A model generated the notes under the pieces. It had not been told where the DNA came from, did not search any database, and saw nothing but the letters and a program-made list of their open reading frames with translations. Position numbers and translations under genes: made by a program. From Candidatus Multivoradales bacterium (GTDB lineage: Bacteria; Acidobacteriota; Thermoanaerobaculia; Multivoradales; JAHEKO01), in assembly GCA_965224065.1 (NCBI GenBank), contig CBDCYF010000005.1:3596491-3660490 (forward strand): a DNA stretch of 64,000 nucleotides, in the 5' to 3' direction. Of the stretch, positions 8,988 to 18,591 are shown piece by piece (position 1 is the stretch's first letter; every line of letters starts with the position of its first letter).

Positions 8988-9770
8988 CTAAGTGTCTGCC
9001 CAGATCGGCTTGCGCTTGGCCAGAAACGCCTCGAGCCCCTCGGTAGCGTCTCGGGTTTCCATCAGTTCGCCGAGGTAGAGCGCTTCGATCTCGGGTAGCC
9101 GCTCCGCCATCTCGCGGTCGAGCCGGGCACGCGAGGCGCGGGTCGCCAGCCGGAGCGCAGCAGCCGAGTAGGGCCGCAGCCTGCGGTCGACAAACGACTC
9201 GATGGTGGCCTCGAGCCCTCCCGGCGGCGAGATCTCAGTGACCAGGCCGATTTTGTGTCCCTCTTCGGCGGTGAGCTCGCGGCCGGTGAGGATCAGGCTG
9301 TCGGCGACGGCGCCGCCAAAGCGTAAGGGGAAGAAGACGCAGGCAGCCGGCGGGAACACACCGAGCTGGATCTCGGGAACCGCAAAGACCGCGTCCGGCT
9401 CGGCGATCAGAAAGTGACAGAACGCGGCGAGCTCCAGGCCACCACCCAGACAGCGCCCGCGGACCGCGGCGACCGCCGGGACATGGGTCTCGGCCAGCGA
9501 CCGCAGGACGTCGTGAAACGCTGGCAAGAAGATCTCGACCTCGCCCCGGCGGTGCTCCTGGATGCTCGCTCCATAGGAGAAGTTGGGACCCGCGGCCGAG
9601 AAGACAAAGGCCTTGAGGCTTCGGTCCTCGCTCTGTTCACGGATCGCCGCGACCAGCTCCACGCAGGTCGCGCGGTCGAGAATGTTGGCCGGCGGGGAAT
9701 CGAGCCTCAGCTCGCAGATACCCGGGCGACTCTGGACCGTGACACTCACTTGGTGGCTCTCCGTGTCCAA
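8988..9770 (-). CDS. dch: Enoyl-CoA hydratase, closely resembling cyclohexa-1,5-diene-1-carbonyl-CoA hydratase (benzoyl-CoA pathway)
   Basis: PPANILD, GPNFSYGASIQEH, GRCLGGGLE, PEIQLGVFPPAA, IEALYLGELM, DATEGLEAFLAKRKPIW match the Dch subfamily pattern as I recall it; probable TTG start at 9770 (260 aa). Confidence 0.7.
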   Translation of the reverse strand: MDTESHQVSVTVQSRPGICELRLDSPPANILDRATCVELVAAIREQSEDRSLKAFVFSAAGPNFSYGASIQEHRRGEVEIFLPAFHDVLRSLAETHVPAVAAVRGRCLGGGLELAAFCHFLIAEPDAVFAVPEIQLGVFPPAACVFFPLRFGGAVADSLILTGRELTAEEGHKIGLVTEISPPGGLEATIESFVDRRLRPYSAAALRLATRASRARLDREMAERLPEIEALYLGELMETRDATEGLEAFLAKRKPIWADT

Positions 9771-9810
9771 GTATGCCCGAGTCGAAGGTGCATCCGGTAC
9801 AGTTTGGTCG

Positions 9811-10275
9811 ATGGCGTCTCGGGATGACCTCGCCGGCGACTCCGCCCGCCAGAGCGGCGGATTGCGAATCAACGGCCGGCTGACCCTTCCCACCAACGAG
9901 ATCTCCTATGCCACCTCGCGCAGCTCGGGGCCCGGTGGCCAGAACGTCAACAAAGTCGAGACTCGGGTGACGCTTTTGTTCGACGTCGAGGCTTCACCCA
10001 CGCTCAGCGAAGCCCAAAAGGCCCGTCTGAAACGGCGTCTCGCGACCCGGATCAACAAACACGGCGTGATGCGGGTGGTCTCGAGCAAGCATCGAACGCA
10101 AAAGGCAAACCGCGAAGCGGCGCGCCGGCGGTTTGTCGATCTGCTCGCCGGCGCCCTCAAACGCCGGCGCAAGCGGCGCAAGACCCGCGTACCGGAAGCC
10201 ACCAAACGTAGGCGTCTGGAAAACAAACGTCGCCGGTCGGAAGTCAAGCGTCGCCGTCGGCGCGTCGAGGAATAG
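9811..10275 (+). CDS. arfB: Alternative ribosome rescue factor / peptidyl-tRNA hydrolase ArfB (YaeJ)
   Basis: RSSGPGGQNVNKV (GGQ motif), RTQKANRE, basic RRRLENKRRRS tail; ATG at 9811. Confidence 0.95.
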   Translation: MASRDDLAGDSARQSGGLRINGRLTLPTNEISYATSRSSGPGGQNVNKVETRVTLLFDVEASPTLSEAQKARLKRRLATRINKHGVMRVVSSKHRTQKANREAARRRFVDLLAGALKRRRKRRKTRVPEATKRRRLENKRRRSEVKRRRRRVEE

Positions 10276-10410
10276 GCACCGCCCTACGCGGGACCAGCGG
10301 CACCGCCCCGGCGGGCTGGCCGGCCGCTACCCGGGGGTTTCTCGATCTCAGCCCGCGCGGGTGTGGTTTGGTTCGGCGCCGGGCCGTAGCTTGGGGTCGA
10401 GGAGGACGCC

Positions 10411-11430
10411 ATGAAGTCCACGACAACGTCCCACGGAGAAGCCCTCGGACGCGTCGAGACGGTCCTGGTGGGCGCGTCCCTCGGCGCAGAAAACGACTGG
10501 CTGTTGCAAAGTGCTCTCGAGCTGGCGGCCGCTCTCGGCGCCCGGACCTATGTGGCCCACGCCGCGCCGCTCGAACCGCTCAGCCCACGGCTGGGCGCCG
10601 GTTGGGCGGAGTCGGACTACTTCCGCGAGCTCACGCAGGCGCGGTGGGCCGAGCTACGACGACGGCTCGAGCGGCTGGAGGTCCCGCCGGGTCCGCGGAT
10701 CGAGTCGTTTGTGCGCACCGGTGCGCCACATTGGGTGCTGGCGTCGACCGCGCGAGAAGTCGGCGCGGATCTGATCGTCGTAGGGGCGTCGGAGAAGCCC
10801 CACGGTCTCGGGCGCGTGCTTGGATCGACCGCCGAGCGCGTGCTGCGCCGGGCCGAGTGCCCGGTGCTTGTCTTGCGGGCGCCGCACGAACTGCCCTGGA
10901 ACCGGGTGCTGGCGCCGGTCGATCTGTCGATGCACTCGGGCGACTCGCTCCGCTGTGGCCTGAGTTTTCTGTCGCAGCTCGAGACCGCTGAACCCTCCGT
11001 GCGCGGGGTCTTGGTGCTGCCCGAGCTCCAGCGCAGCCTGCTCGAAGACCTAACATCGGCGGAGCGCGTGGACGCTTTCGCGCAGCGCGAGCTCGAACGT
11101 TTTGTCGAAGAACTGGTGATCGACGAGTCTTTTGGCGTGGAGACCCAGGTGAGGACCGGAGAGCCCCGGGCCGAGATCCTGGCCGAAGCCGAGAACTGGG
11201 ATGCAGATCTGATCGTCATCGGCACACACGGTTGGAGCGGGCTCGAACGCGCCATGATCGGCAGCGTGGCGTCGGGTGTCGTCGGCAAGGCTTCGACCAG
11301 TGTGCTGGTGATCCCGCCGTTGACGGCCCTGGGGGCGTCGATTGCCCAGGCTGTGTACGAGCAGACCGAGCCCCACTGGCCGGCGCCGGAGGCGCCGGTC
11401 GCGACCACACGAGAGGAGGGCAATCCATGA
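10411..11430 (+). CDS. Universal stress protein (tandem USP domains)
   Basis: ADLIVVGA...LGSTAERVLRRAECPVLVLR and DLIVIGTHG...IGSVASGVV..VLVIPP. Confidence 0.9.
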   Translation: MKSTTTSHGEALGRVETVLVGASLGAENDWLLQSALELAAALGARTYVAHAAPLEPLSPRLGAGWAESDYFRELTQARWAELRRRLERLEVPPGPRIESFVRTGAPHWVLASTAREVGADLIVVGASEKPHGLGRVLGSTAERVLRRAECPVLVLRAPHELPWNRVLAPVDLSMHSGDSLRCGLSFLSQLETAEPSVRGVLVLPELQRSLLEDLTSAERVDAFAQRELERFVEELVIDESFGVETQVRTGEPRAEILAEAENWDADLIVIGTHGWSGLERAMIGSVASGVVGKASTSVLVIPPLTALGASIAQAVYEQTEPHWPAPEAPVATTREEGNP

Positions 11431-12386
11431 GCCTGGAAATTCGCAAGATCCTTTGCCCGACCGACTTCTCCGCCGCGTCTCGCCAAGTGCTGGGGCACGC
11501 GCTTTTTCTGGCCGAGAAGCTCGATGCCGAGATCCACATGCTCAACGCGCTGGTTCTGCACGAAGACGACCCCAGCGCTTCGGCCGAGCACTTTGTCGAG
11601 CCCGCGGAGATTTTCGAGCGTCTCTTTGAGATCTCGGGCTCCAGGCTCAAGTCGCTGCTGGACGACCAGCCGACCGGAGCGCTGACGATCCACGAGGTGA
11701 CGCGCAGGGGGTTTTCCATCCCCGAGGTGATCCTCGACTACGCTGAAGAGATCGAGGCCGACCTCATCGCCATGGGGACACATGGCCGGCGCGGCGCCAG
11801 GCGGTTCTTTCTCGGCAGCGTGGCGGAGTCGGTCGTGCGGCACGCCGACTGTCCGGTTCTGACGCTCAAGGCGCGCGAGCACCCCGGGAAGATCCAGGCG
11901 GTGGCCAATATTCTGGTGCCGGTCGATTTCTCCGAGCCATCCCGCGAGGCGTTGCTGGTCGCACGCGATCTGGCGGCCGTTTACGGCGCGCGGCTGCAAT
12001 TGCTTTACGTCGTGGAGATGACCGCGTACCCCTATTTCTATGTCCCGACGCAGACCGAGGTCTGGGAGAACCGGCGCACGCGGGGCCGCGAGGCTCTGGC
12101 CAGGCTGGCCGCCGAGGTGTTGGGCGAGGACGTGCCCTACGAGACGTTTGTGGTCGACGGCCGCGCCGCGCGAGAGATCGCGCGATTCTGCAGTTCCGGG
12201 GGTGCCGATCTCATCGTGATCGCAAGCCAGGGTCTGGGCGCCGTGGGGCGGTTGCTGATGGGGAGCACGGCAGCCGAGGTCGTGCGGACCGTGGACTGCC
12301 CGGTCCTCACCGTGCGTCCGGACGGCCGCGAGTCGGCCAGCGCACCGGCGGTCGGTGACGGCGGCGAGCGCGCAAAGACAGCCTGA
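11427..12386 (+). CDS. Universal stress protein (tandem USP domains)
   Basis: KILCPTDFS, DLIAMGTHGRRG..FLGSVAESVVRHADCPVLT, ILVPVDFS, GSTAAEVVR; ATGA overlap with the previous gene. Confidence 0.92.
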   Translation: MSLEIRKILCPTDFSAASRQVLGHALFLAEKLDAEIHMLNALVLHEDDPSASAEHFVEPAEIFERLFEISGSRLKSLLDDQPTGALTIHEVTRRGFSIPEVILDYAEEIEADLIAMGTHGRRGARRFFLGSVAESVVRHADCPVLTLKAREHPGKIQAVANILVPVDFSEPSREALLVARDLAAVYGARLQLLYVVEMTAYPYFYVPTQTEVWENRRTRGREALARLAAEVLGEDVPYETFVVDGRAAREIARFCSSGGADLIVIASQGLGAVGRLLMGSTAAEVVRTVDCPVLTVRPDGRESASAPAVGDGGERAKTA

Positions 12387-12454
12387 GTCGTAGCCCTACG
12401 TGTCCGGTGGGGACGGGGCTTGCCGGCCGGGACCTAGACCGCGACAATGGGGGA

Positions 12455-12829
12455 GTGAAGGATCGTCGGATCTCGCGCTTGCTGCACCTTGCGCCGGTCT
12501 TTGCGCTGGCCGGCCTCGTTGCCGCCTGCGGCACGCCGGAGGTGGTCTCCGAGGACGTCGCGGCCGGTCAACAGTTGTTCCGCCGCACCTGTGCCATCTG
12601 TCACGGCTCGGACGCCGAGGGGATGCCGAGTCTGGGCAAGGGGCTCCACGACAACGCGTTTGTCCAGGGTCTGTCGGACGCAGAGCTGGTCGAGTTTCTC
12701 CGCGTGGGCCGCCGCGCCGATCACCCGCTCAACGAGCGGCGTGTGGACATGCCGCCCAGGGGTGGCAACCTGGCCCTGAGCGACCGGGATCTGGCGTTGA
12801 TCGCCGCCTACCTCCGTTCGATTCAGTAG
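12455..12829 (+). CDS. Monoheme cytochrome c lipoprotein
   Basis: Lipobox LVAAC, CAICH heme motif, MPPRGG axial Met; GTG start after GGGAG. Confidence 0.85.
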   Translation: MKDRRISRLLHLAPVFALAGLVAACGTPEVVSEDVAAGQQLFRRTCAICHGSDAEGMPSLGKGLHDNAFVQGLSDAELVEFLRVGRRADHPLNERRVDMPPRGGNLALSDRDLALIAAYLRSIQ

Positions 12830-12860
12830 CTCCCGAGGCCGAACGGACCCGTCCGCCGCC

Positions 12861-12889
12861 TTGACACCTTTCGCGCCATCGCGTAGAAA
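12861..12889 (+). promoter_or_regulatory. Sigma70-type promoter of the Rieske/cytochrome b operon
   Basis: TTGACA-17 bp-TAGAAA upstream of 12953. Confidence 0.6.
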
Positions 12890-12952
12890 AGCGGCGTCGC
12901 GTTTAGCGAGTTTTGCGATGGGCGGGCGAGAGCCGGTGTCAGACGAGCCTCG

Positions 12953-13567
12953 ATGAGTGAAGAAAGCAAGACATCCCCGGCGTCGGCATCGGAGGCAGCG
13001 GAGCCTGCGTCGACCAAGAAGCCCTCTCCCAAGCCAGCCCCAAAGCCCGCGCCGAAAGCCGCAAAGCCCGATCCCGAGCTGACCCGCCGGGGGCTGTTCT
13101 CGTGGGCCGCGGTGGCGTGGGTCGGGTTTACCGCCGCGATCGGCGGGTGTGTGACCGCAATGGGGCGCTTTATGTTTCCCAACGTGCTGTTCGAGCCGCC
13201 GACCTCGTTCAAGGTCGGGCCACCGGACGATTTTCCCGATGGCGTGGTGGACGTACGTTTTGTCGAAGCCAACGGGGTCTTTGTGGTCCACAGCGAAGGC
13301 ATGATCTACGCGCTGATCGCGATCTGTACCCATCTCGGGTGCCCACCCAACTGGCTCGATGCACAGAACAAGTTCAAGTGTCCGTGCCACGGCAGCGGCT
13401 ACTACAAGAACGGAATCAACTTCGAGGGGCCGACACCGCGGCCGCTCGAGCGGGCCAAGATCTTTGTCGATCCAGCCGATGGCCAGTTGGTGGTGGATAA
13501 GGCACAGAAATACCAATGGGAGCTCGGGCAGTGGGAAGACCCCGACTCCTTTGTGACTCTCAGCTAG
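12953..13567 (+). CDS. Rieske 2Fe-2S subunit of a quinol:cytochrome c oxidoreductase
   Basis: TAT-like TRRGLF plus TM helix; CTHLGC and CPCHGS boxes; GPTPRPL. Confidence 0.95.
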   Translation: MSEESKTSPASASEAAEPASTKKPSPKPAPKPAPKAAKPDPELTRRGLFSWAAVAWVGFTAAIGGCVTAMGRFMFPNVLFEPPTSFKVGPPDDFPDGVVDVRFVEANGVFVVHSEGMIYALIAICTHLGCPPNWLDAQNKFKCPCHGSGYYKNGINFEGPTPRPLERAKIFVDPADGQLVVDKAQKYQWELGQWEDPDSFVTLS

Positions 13568-13589
13568 CACCCAGTCGGCCGGGGGGTTG

Positions 13590-14369
13590 ATGCTCAAAGA
13601 GCTACAGAAATCGATCGTCAAGTCTCAGATCTGGAAGTCCATCTTCCGGGTCGGAATCCCCACCGACAGCCGCAAGCGCGCGCTCGCGATGCTCGGCAAC
13701 GTGGTGCTCCACATGCACCCCATCAAGGTCAAGAAGTCGGGCCTCAGGATGTCCTACACCTGGTGCATGGGGGGGACGTCCTTCTTCCTGTTCCTGGTCG
13801 AGACCATCACCGGGCTGCTGCTGATGTTTTACTATCGGCCGACCGTCGAGTACGCCTACTTCGACATGGTGGATCTGCGCGAGGTGGCGGCCTTTGGGAT
13901 CATGCGCGAGCTGCACCGTTGGGGCGCTCACGCCATGGTCATCACGGTCTGGCTCCACATGTTCCGGGTCTTTATGACCGGCTCGTACAAGCCGCCGCGG
14001 GAGTTCAACTGGAACGTCGGCGTGATCCTGCTGGTTCTGACCCTGCTGCTGTCGTTCACCGGCTACTTGCTGCCCTGGGATCAATTGGCGATCTGGGCGA
14101 TTACCGTTGGGTCCAACATGGCCCGCGCCACGCCGCTGCTCGGTTACGAAGGGCCGGGCGCAGCCTTATTGGAGTTAGGAGGGCAGAAGCTGATTCACGT
14201 CGGCAGTGATGCCCGGTTTGCCTTGATTGCCGGCCGCACCATCGGTGGCGGCACCTTGAATCGCTTCTACGTACTTCACTGCGTCGGGATTCCGATCGTG
14301 GCGGCGTTCCTGATGGCCGTTCACTTCTGGCGTGTCAGAAAGGATGGCGGGATCTCGGGTCCGATGTGA
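13590..14369 (+). CDS. Cytochrome b N-terminal part (cytochrome b6-like)
   Basis: WCMGG (heme ci Cys position), TGLLLMFYYRP, LHRWGAH, LHMFRVF, FTGYLLPWDQ, LHCV..VHF. Confidence 0.95.
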   Translation: MLKELQKSIVKSQIWKSIFRVGIPTDSRKRALAMLGNVVLHMHPIKVKKSGLRMSYTWCMGGTSFFLFLVETITGLLLMFYYRPTVEYAYFDMVDLREVAAFGIMRELHRWGAHAMVITVWLHMFRVFMTGSYKPPREFNWNVGVILLVLTLLLSFTGYLLPWDQLAIWAITVGSNMARATPLLGYEGPGAALLELGGQKLIHVGSDARFALIAGRTIGGGTLNRFYVLHCVGIPIVAAFLMAVHFWRVRKDGGISGPM

Positions 14370-15448
14370 TGGAAGCGATCAAGGGTTTCATCAACACTCT
14401 CTCCTACCCGCAGTTCTCTTTCAGCCTCTCGCTGATTCTGTTTGCGCTGGCCCTGTGGTCGCGCCGGCTGTGGACCAAGGCGGGCGCCTGGTTCTTGATG
14501 ATCCTCATCACGGCCTTTTTTGGCGTCAGCATGTTGGATTCGAGCTTCCGGCAAGTCGTCGCCAAGCCGGACAACGTGCCCATCGTGATGATGGTGTACC
14601 TGGTTACGTTTTTCTGGTGGTACTCGATGTACAAGGGGCTCAAGAACGACGACGCCATCGCCCGCGGCGAGCCCACCTTCGAGGAGTCCGAGGCCGAAGA
14701 CAAGATCTTCACCTGGCCCGATCTGGTATTCACCGAATTCATCTGCATGGTGATCCTGACCGTGGGGATGGTGGTCTGGTCGATCCTGCTGCAGGCGCCG
14801 CTCGAGGAACCCGCCAACCTGGCGGTGGCGCCCAATCCTTCGAAGGCCCCGTGGTACTTCCTCGGGCTGCAGGAGATGCTGGTCTACTTCGATCCGTGGA
14901 TGGCCGGAGTCGTCCTGCCCGGGCTGATCATCATCGGCCTGATGGCGATCCCGTATATCGACACCAACCCCAAGGGCAACGGCTACTACACCTACAAGGA
15001 GCGTAAGCCGGAGATCATCATCTTTCTCTTTGGCTATGTCGTGCTCTGGACCCAGTTGATCGTCATCGGGACGTTTTTGCGCGGGCCCAACTGGAACTTC
15101 TTCGGTCCCTATGAGTTTTGGGACATCAACAAGATCGAGCCGCTGGTCAACGTCGATCTCTCCGAGATCATCTGGATCAAGATCCTGGGGATCGGGCTGC
15201 CCGGCAATTGGTTTATCCGCGAGATCTTTGGGATTCTCTTGATTGGCGCGTACTTTTTTGTGCTTCCCGTGGTGCTTCTCAAGATCAAGTACTTCAAGCA
15301 TTTTTTCGAGAAGCTGGGGCCGCCGCGCTACTACGTCGCCATGAGCTTGTTTCTGACCATGATGCTCCTGCCGATCAAGATGTACTTCCGCTGGCTGTTC
15401 AACCTCAAGTACTTCATCCACATCCAGGAGTTCTTCCTCAACCTCTGA
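14369..15448 (+). CDS. Cytochrome b C-terminal part (subunit IV / PetD-like) with extra TM helices
   Basis: FTWPDL, APLEEPAN..PNPSKAPWYFLGLQE (PEWY-equivalent); TGATG coupling to the previous gene. Confidence 0.9.
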   Translation: MEAIKGFINTLSYPQFSFSLSLILFALALWSRRLWTKAGAWFLMILITAFFGVSMLDSSFRQVVAKPDNVPIVMMVYLVTFFWWYSMYKGLKNDDAIARGEPTFEESEAEDKIFTWPDLVFTEFICMVILTVGMVVWSILLQAPLEEPANLAVAPNPSKAPWYFLGLQEMLVYFDPWMAGVVLPGLIIIGLMAIPYIDTNPKGNGYYTYKERKPEIIIFLFGYVVLWTQLIVIGTFLRGPNWNFFGPYEFWDINKIEPLVNVDLSEIIWIKILGIGLPGNWFIREIFGILLIGAYFFVLPVVLLKIKYFKHFFEKLGPPRYYVAMSLFLTMMLLPIKMYFRWLFNLKYFIHIQEFFLNL

Positions 15449-15457
15449 TCGGCGACC

Positions 15458-18400
15458 ATGGCCAAGGCACCCAAAAAGACGCCGGACCGGCACTACGACT
15501 TCAAAGGGCTCAACATTGCCTTCGCGTGGAGCTCGCTGGCGCTCCTGATCGTCACGGTGTGGATGGTCTTTGCCGACTACGCTAAGCCCTGGAAGCGGTT
15601 CCAGGCCGAGTTTCGCGACCGCGAGCAGCAGGCGCTGCTCGCCGAGGCGCAGGCCGAGCGGCAAAAGCTCAACCAGGGCGAGCTCCAGCAGCTCCAACAG
15701 GAGATCGCCGCCGAGGAGCAGTCGTTGGCCGACCAGCGCGAGGAGATCCGCCAGCTCGAAAAGCAGCGAACCGGCTTTGCCAAAAAGGTCTACGCGGCCG
15801 ATGCCGACTCACGACAGACCAAGTCGCTTCTGGACACGGAGCGCTACGAGTACGACGTCGCTCTCCAGAGCGGGGTGGAGGCCAAGATCACCAAGGCGCG
15901 CGCGGCGGTCGACAAGCTGGCGGCGCAACTGGTCGAGGACCGGATCGAGCTCGAGGGCTTTATCGAGGCGCGCAAAGGGATCGAGCAGACGCTCGAGGCC
16001 AAGCGGGCCGGTCTGGCGGCGGCGGAGAAGCGTCTCGATGCGCTCAACAGCGGCGTCGATTCGCTCAACCAGAGAATCACCGCCCTAGACAAGAAGATCG
16101 ACTACTTTCTGCTCAACGCGCCGGTCATGGACTTTGTCCAGCCGAGTCTCAAGGTGGAGCAGGTCATCCTGTCGGGGCTCTACCAGAACATCAACTTCAC
16201 CAACGTCGACCGCGTCGACCGCTGTGTGACTTGTCATGTGGCGGCCCCTCGAGCGGGCTTTGACGGCGAGGAGTGGGAGGAGCCCTTCCGCAGCCATCCG
16301 CGTCTCGATCTCTACCTGAGCGCGGCCTCCCCGCATCCCTATACCAAGTTCGGCTGCACTACCTGCCACCAGGGTCTGGATCGCGCCACCGACTTCGCCC
16401 GCGCCGGCCACTCGCCGGAGACCGAGCACGAGCGCGAGGAATGGATCGAGAAGTGGGGCTGGAAGCCGCAGAAGTACCTCGACACGCCGATCCTGCCGGC
16501 CAAGAACACCGAGGCCGGCTGTGTTACCTGCCACGCTGCCGACGTCTGGACGCCCAACTCGGCCCAGCAGGATGCGGGTCGCGAGCTGGTGAGCCGCTTT
16601 GGCTGTTTCACCTGCCACGCGATCGAATACCCGGCGTTTACCGACCTGCCGCGACCGGGGCCGGCGCTGCGCAAGATCGCCGGCAAGACCAACCCGGCCT
16701 GGGCTTACCGATGGATCGAAGCGCCGCGGGACTTCCACCCGACCACCTGGATGCCGCATTTCTTCTACCAGGAGAACATCCAGGGTGAGGCCAACCTCGA
16801 GCGGCAAAAGGCCGAGATCGCGTCGATGGTCGCCTACATCTGGGACAAATCCGACACACCGACCTACCCGGACCCGCCGGCCGGCAATGCGGCCCGTGGG
16901 GAGGAGCTGTTCAAAACGATCGGCTGCGAGGGCTGTCACGTGCTCGACTCGGACGCCCGGCGCGACCAGTTCTATCCCCTGTTCAACCGGATGAACGGCC
17001 CCAACCTGGTGCGCACCGGGAGCAAGGTCTCCGCCGGTTGGCTCTACGCCTGGATTCGCGACCCGCATGTCTACAACCCGGATACGCGAATGCCGTCGCT
17101 GCGTTTGACCGACTCGGAGGCTGCGGACCTCACCGCCTATCTGATGGCGGACCGGGATCAAGCGTTCGAGAACCTGTCGATTCCGGCGGTCGACGGGGAG
17201 ATCCGCGACGGCCTGGTGCTCGAGTATCTACAGGAGACCCAGACGATCGAGCAGAGCCAGGCGGCCATGGAGAAGATGGCGCCGGCCGAGCGCGACGTCT
17301 ATCTGGGCGGCCGCACGATCCGCAAGTACGGGTGCTTCGGCTGCCACGAGCTCGACGGGTTCGATGATGCGAAACCGATCGGTGTCGAGCTGACCGAAGC
17401 GGGCTCGAAGCCGGTCCACCAGTTCGACTTCGGCCACGTCCACGAAGTGGCGTTCCGTACCGATCGGCTCGACATCCGGGAAGCCGCCGGCGGCGCCGGG
17501 GAAGGCGGCGGACGCGGCGAGGCGGCCGGCGACGAGCACCACGCGGCTCCCGAGGGCACCACGGTGCGCGAGATCCAGCACACTCGCGCCGACTGGCTCA
17601 AGACCAAGTTCATGCGGCCCCGGGTGTGGGACAAGGGCAAGGAGCTGGTCAAGAACTATGGCGAGCTCTACAAGATGCCGGACTACGGTATGTCCGAGCG
17701 CGAGGCCGAAGCGGTTCTGACCAATGTTCTCGGATTCACCAAGGAGTCGGTACGGGCGCACCGCAAAGCCGGGCAGGAGCCGCGGTCCGCGGCGCTCGCC
17801 GAAGGCCGCAAGCTGGTCACTTGGTACAACTGCCAGGGTTGCCACCTGATCGAGGACAAGGGACACGCCATCTCCAGCGCGATCGACGACGTCGGGCTGC
17901 TGCCGCCCAACCTGGCCGCCCAGGGCGCTCGTGTCCGGGGGGATTGGCTTTTCGAGTATCTCCACGATCCGGGATCCGTGACCCTGCGGCCCTGGCTCGG
18001 GGTGCGGATGCCGACCTTCGGGTTAACCGACGACCAGGTCAACACCATCGTCGGCTACTTTGCGACCCGCGAGGGCCGCGAGACGTTCCTGTCGGAGCCC
18101 GAGCGGCCCGACACTCGCAGCCTGGAGGTCGGCAAGCAGGTCTACGAGATGCTCCAGTGCGCCAAGTGCCACCCGGACGGTCCAGCGGTGGCCGGGGCCG
18201 GTACGAGCTCCGCCGAGCTGGCCCCGTCCTTGGAGTTGGCGCGCGAGCGGCTGCGTCACGATTGGGTGCCCGACTGGATCCTGGATCCGCAGAGCTGGGT
18301 CGCCGGCACCAAGATGCCGGCCAACTTTCCGTTACAAAAGGACGGCACCTATCAGTCGCCCCTGCCTTTTGGCATCGACGCCCCTATGTGGCGCGGGCAG

Positions 18401-18517
18401 AAAGACAGGATGCTGCGGCAGTTCGCGACCGAGCCCGAGCTCAAAGAGTTCCTGGCGGACGCCGATCGGGTGGCGGTTGCGCTACGTGACCATATCTGGT
18501 GGAATCTCGACCGCTGA
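15458..18517 (+). CDS. Octaheme c-type cytochrome subunit of the Rieske/cytochrome b complex, with N-terminal TM helix and coiled coil
   Basis: Eight CxxCH motifs: CVTCH, CTTCH, CVTCH, CFTCH, CEGCH, CFGCH, CQGCH, CAKCH; repeated MP axial-Met motifs. Confidence 0.92.
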   Translation: MAKAPKKTPDRHYDFKGLNIAFAWSSLALLIVTVWMVFADYAKPWKRFQAEFRDREQQALLAEAQAERQKLNQGELQQLQQEIAAEEQSLADQREEIRQLEKQRTGFAKKVYAADADSRQTKSLLDTERYEYDVALQSGVEAKITKARAAVDKLAAQLVEDRIELEGFIEARKGIEQTLEAKRAGLAAAEKRLDALNSGVDSLNQRITALDKKIDYFLLNAPVMDFVQPSLKVEQVILSGLYQNINFTNVDRVDRCVTCHVAAPRAGFDGEEWEEPFRSHPRLDLYLSAASPHPYTKFGCTTCHQGLDRATDFARAGHSPETEHEREEWIEKWGWKPQKYLDTPILPAKNTEAGCVTCHAADVWTPNSAQQDAGRELVSRFGCFTCHAIEYPAFTDLPRPGPALRKIAGKTNPAWAYRWIEAPRDFHPTTWMPHFFYQENIQGEANLERQKAEIASMVAYIWDKSDTPTYPDPPAGNAARGEELFKTIGCEGCHVLDSDARRDQFYPLFNRMNGPNLVRTGSKVSAGWLYAWIRDPHVYNPDTRMPSLRLTDSEAADLTAYLMADRDQAFENLSIPAVDGEIRDGLVLEYLQETQTIEQSQAAMEKMAPAERDVYLGGRTIRKYGCFGCHELDGFDDAKPIGVELTEAGSKPVHQFDFGHVHEVAFRTDRLDIREAAGGAGEGGGRGEAAGDEHHAAPEGTTVREIQHTRADWLKTKFMRPRVWDKGKELVKNYGELYKMPDYGMSEREAEAVLTNVLGFTKESVRAHRKAGQEPRSAALAEGRKLVTWYNCQGCHLIEDKGHAISSAIDDVGLLPPNLAAQGARVRGDWLFEYLHDPGSVTLRPWLGVRMPTFGLTDDQVNTIVGYFATREGRETFLSEPERPDTRSLEVGKQVYEMLQCAKCHPDGPAVAGAGTSSAELAPSLELARERLRHDWVPDWILDPQSWVAGTKMPANFPLQKDGTYQSPLPFGIDAPMWRGQKDRMLRQFATEPELKEFLADADRVAVALRDHIWWNLDR

Positions 18518-18591
18518 TACTCGGCGGGTGCCCGACGTGGTCCTCGCTTTTCCATTGAACAACTCTCGCTAAAACTCAAGGAGGACCTCCC

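Noticed and set aside
15446-15460. In-frame TGA between the subunit IV-like gene and the octaheme cytochrome (possible readthrough fusion)
   Set aside because: The frames match, but there is no CAnGUC hairpin, no Cys-type context, and a good ATG follows three codons later.
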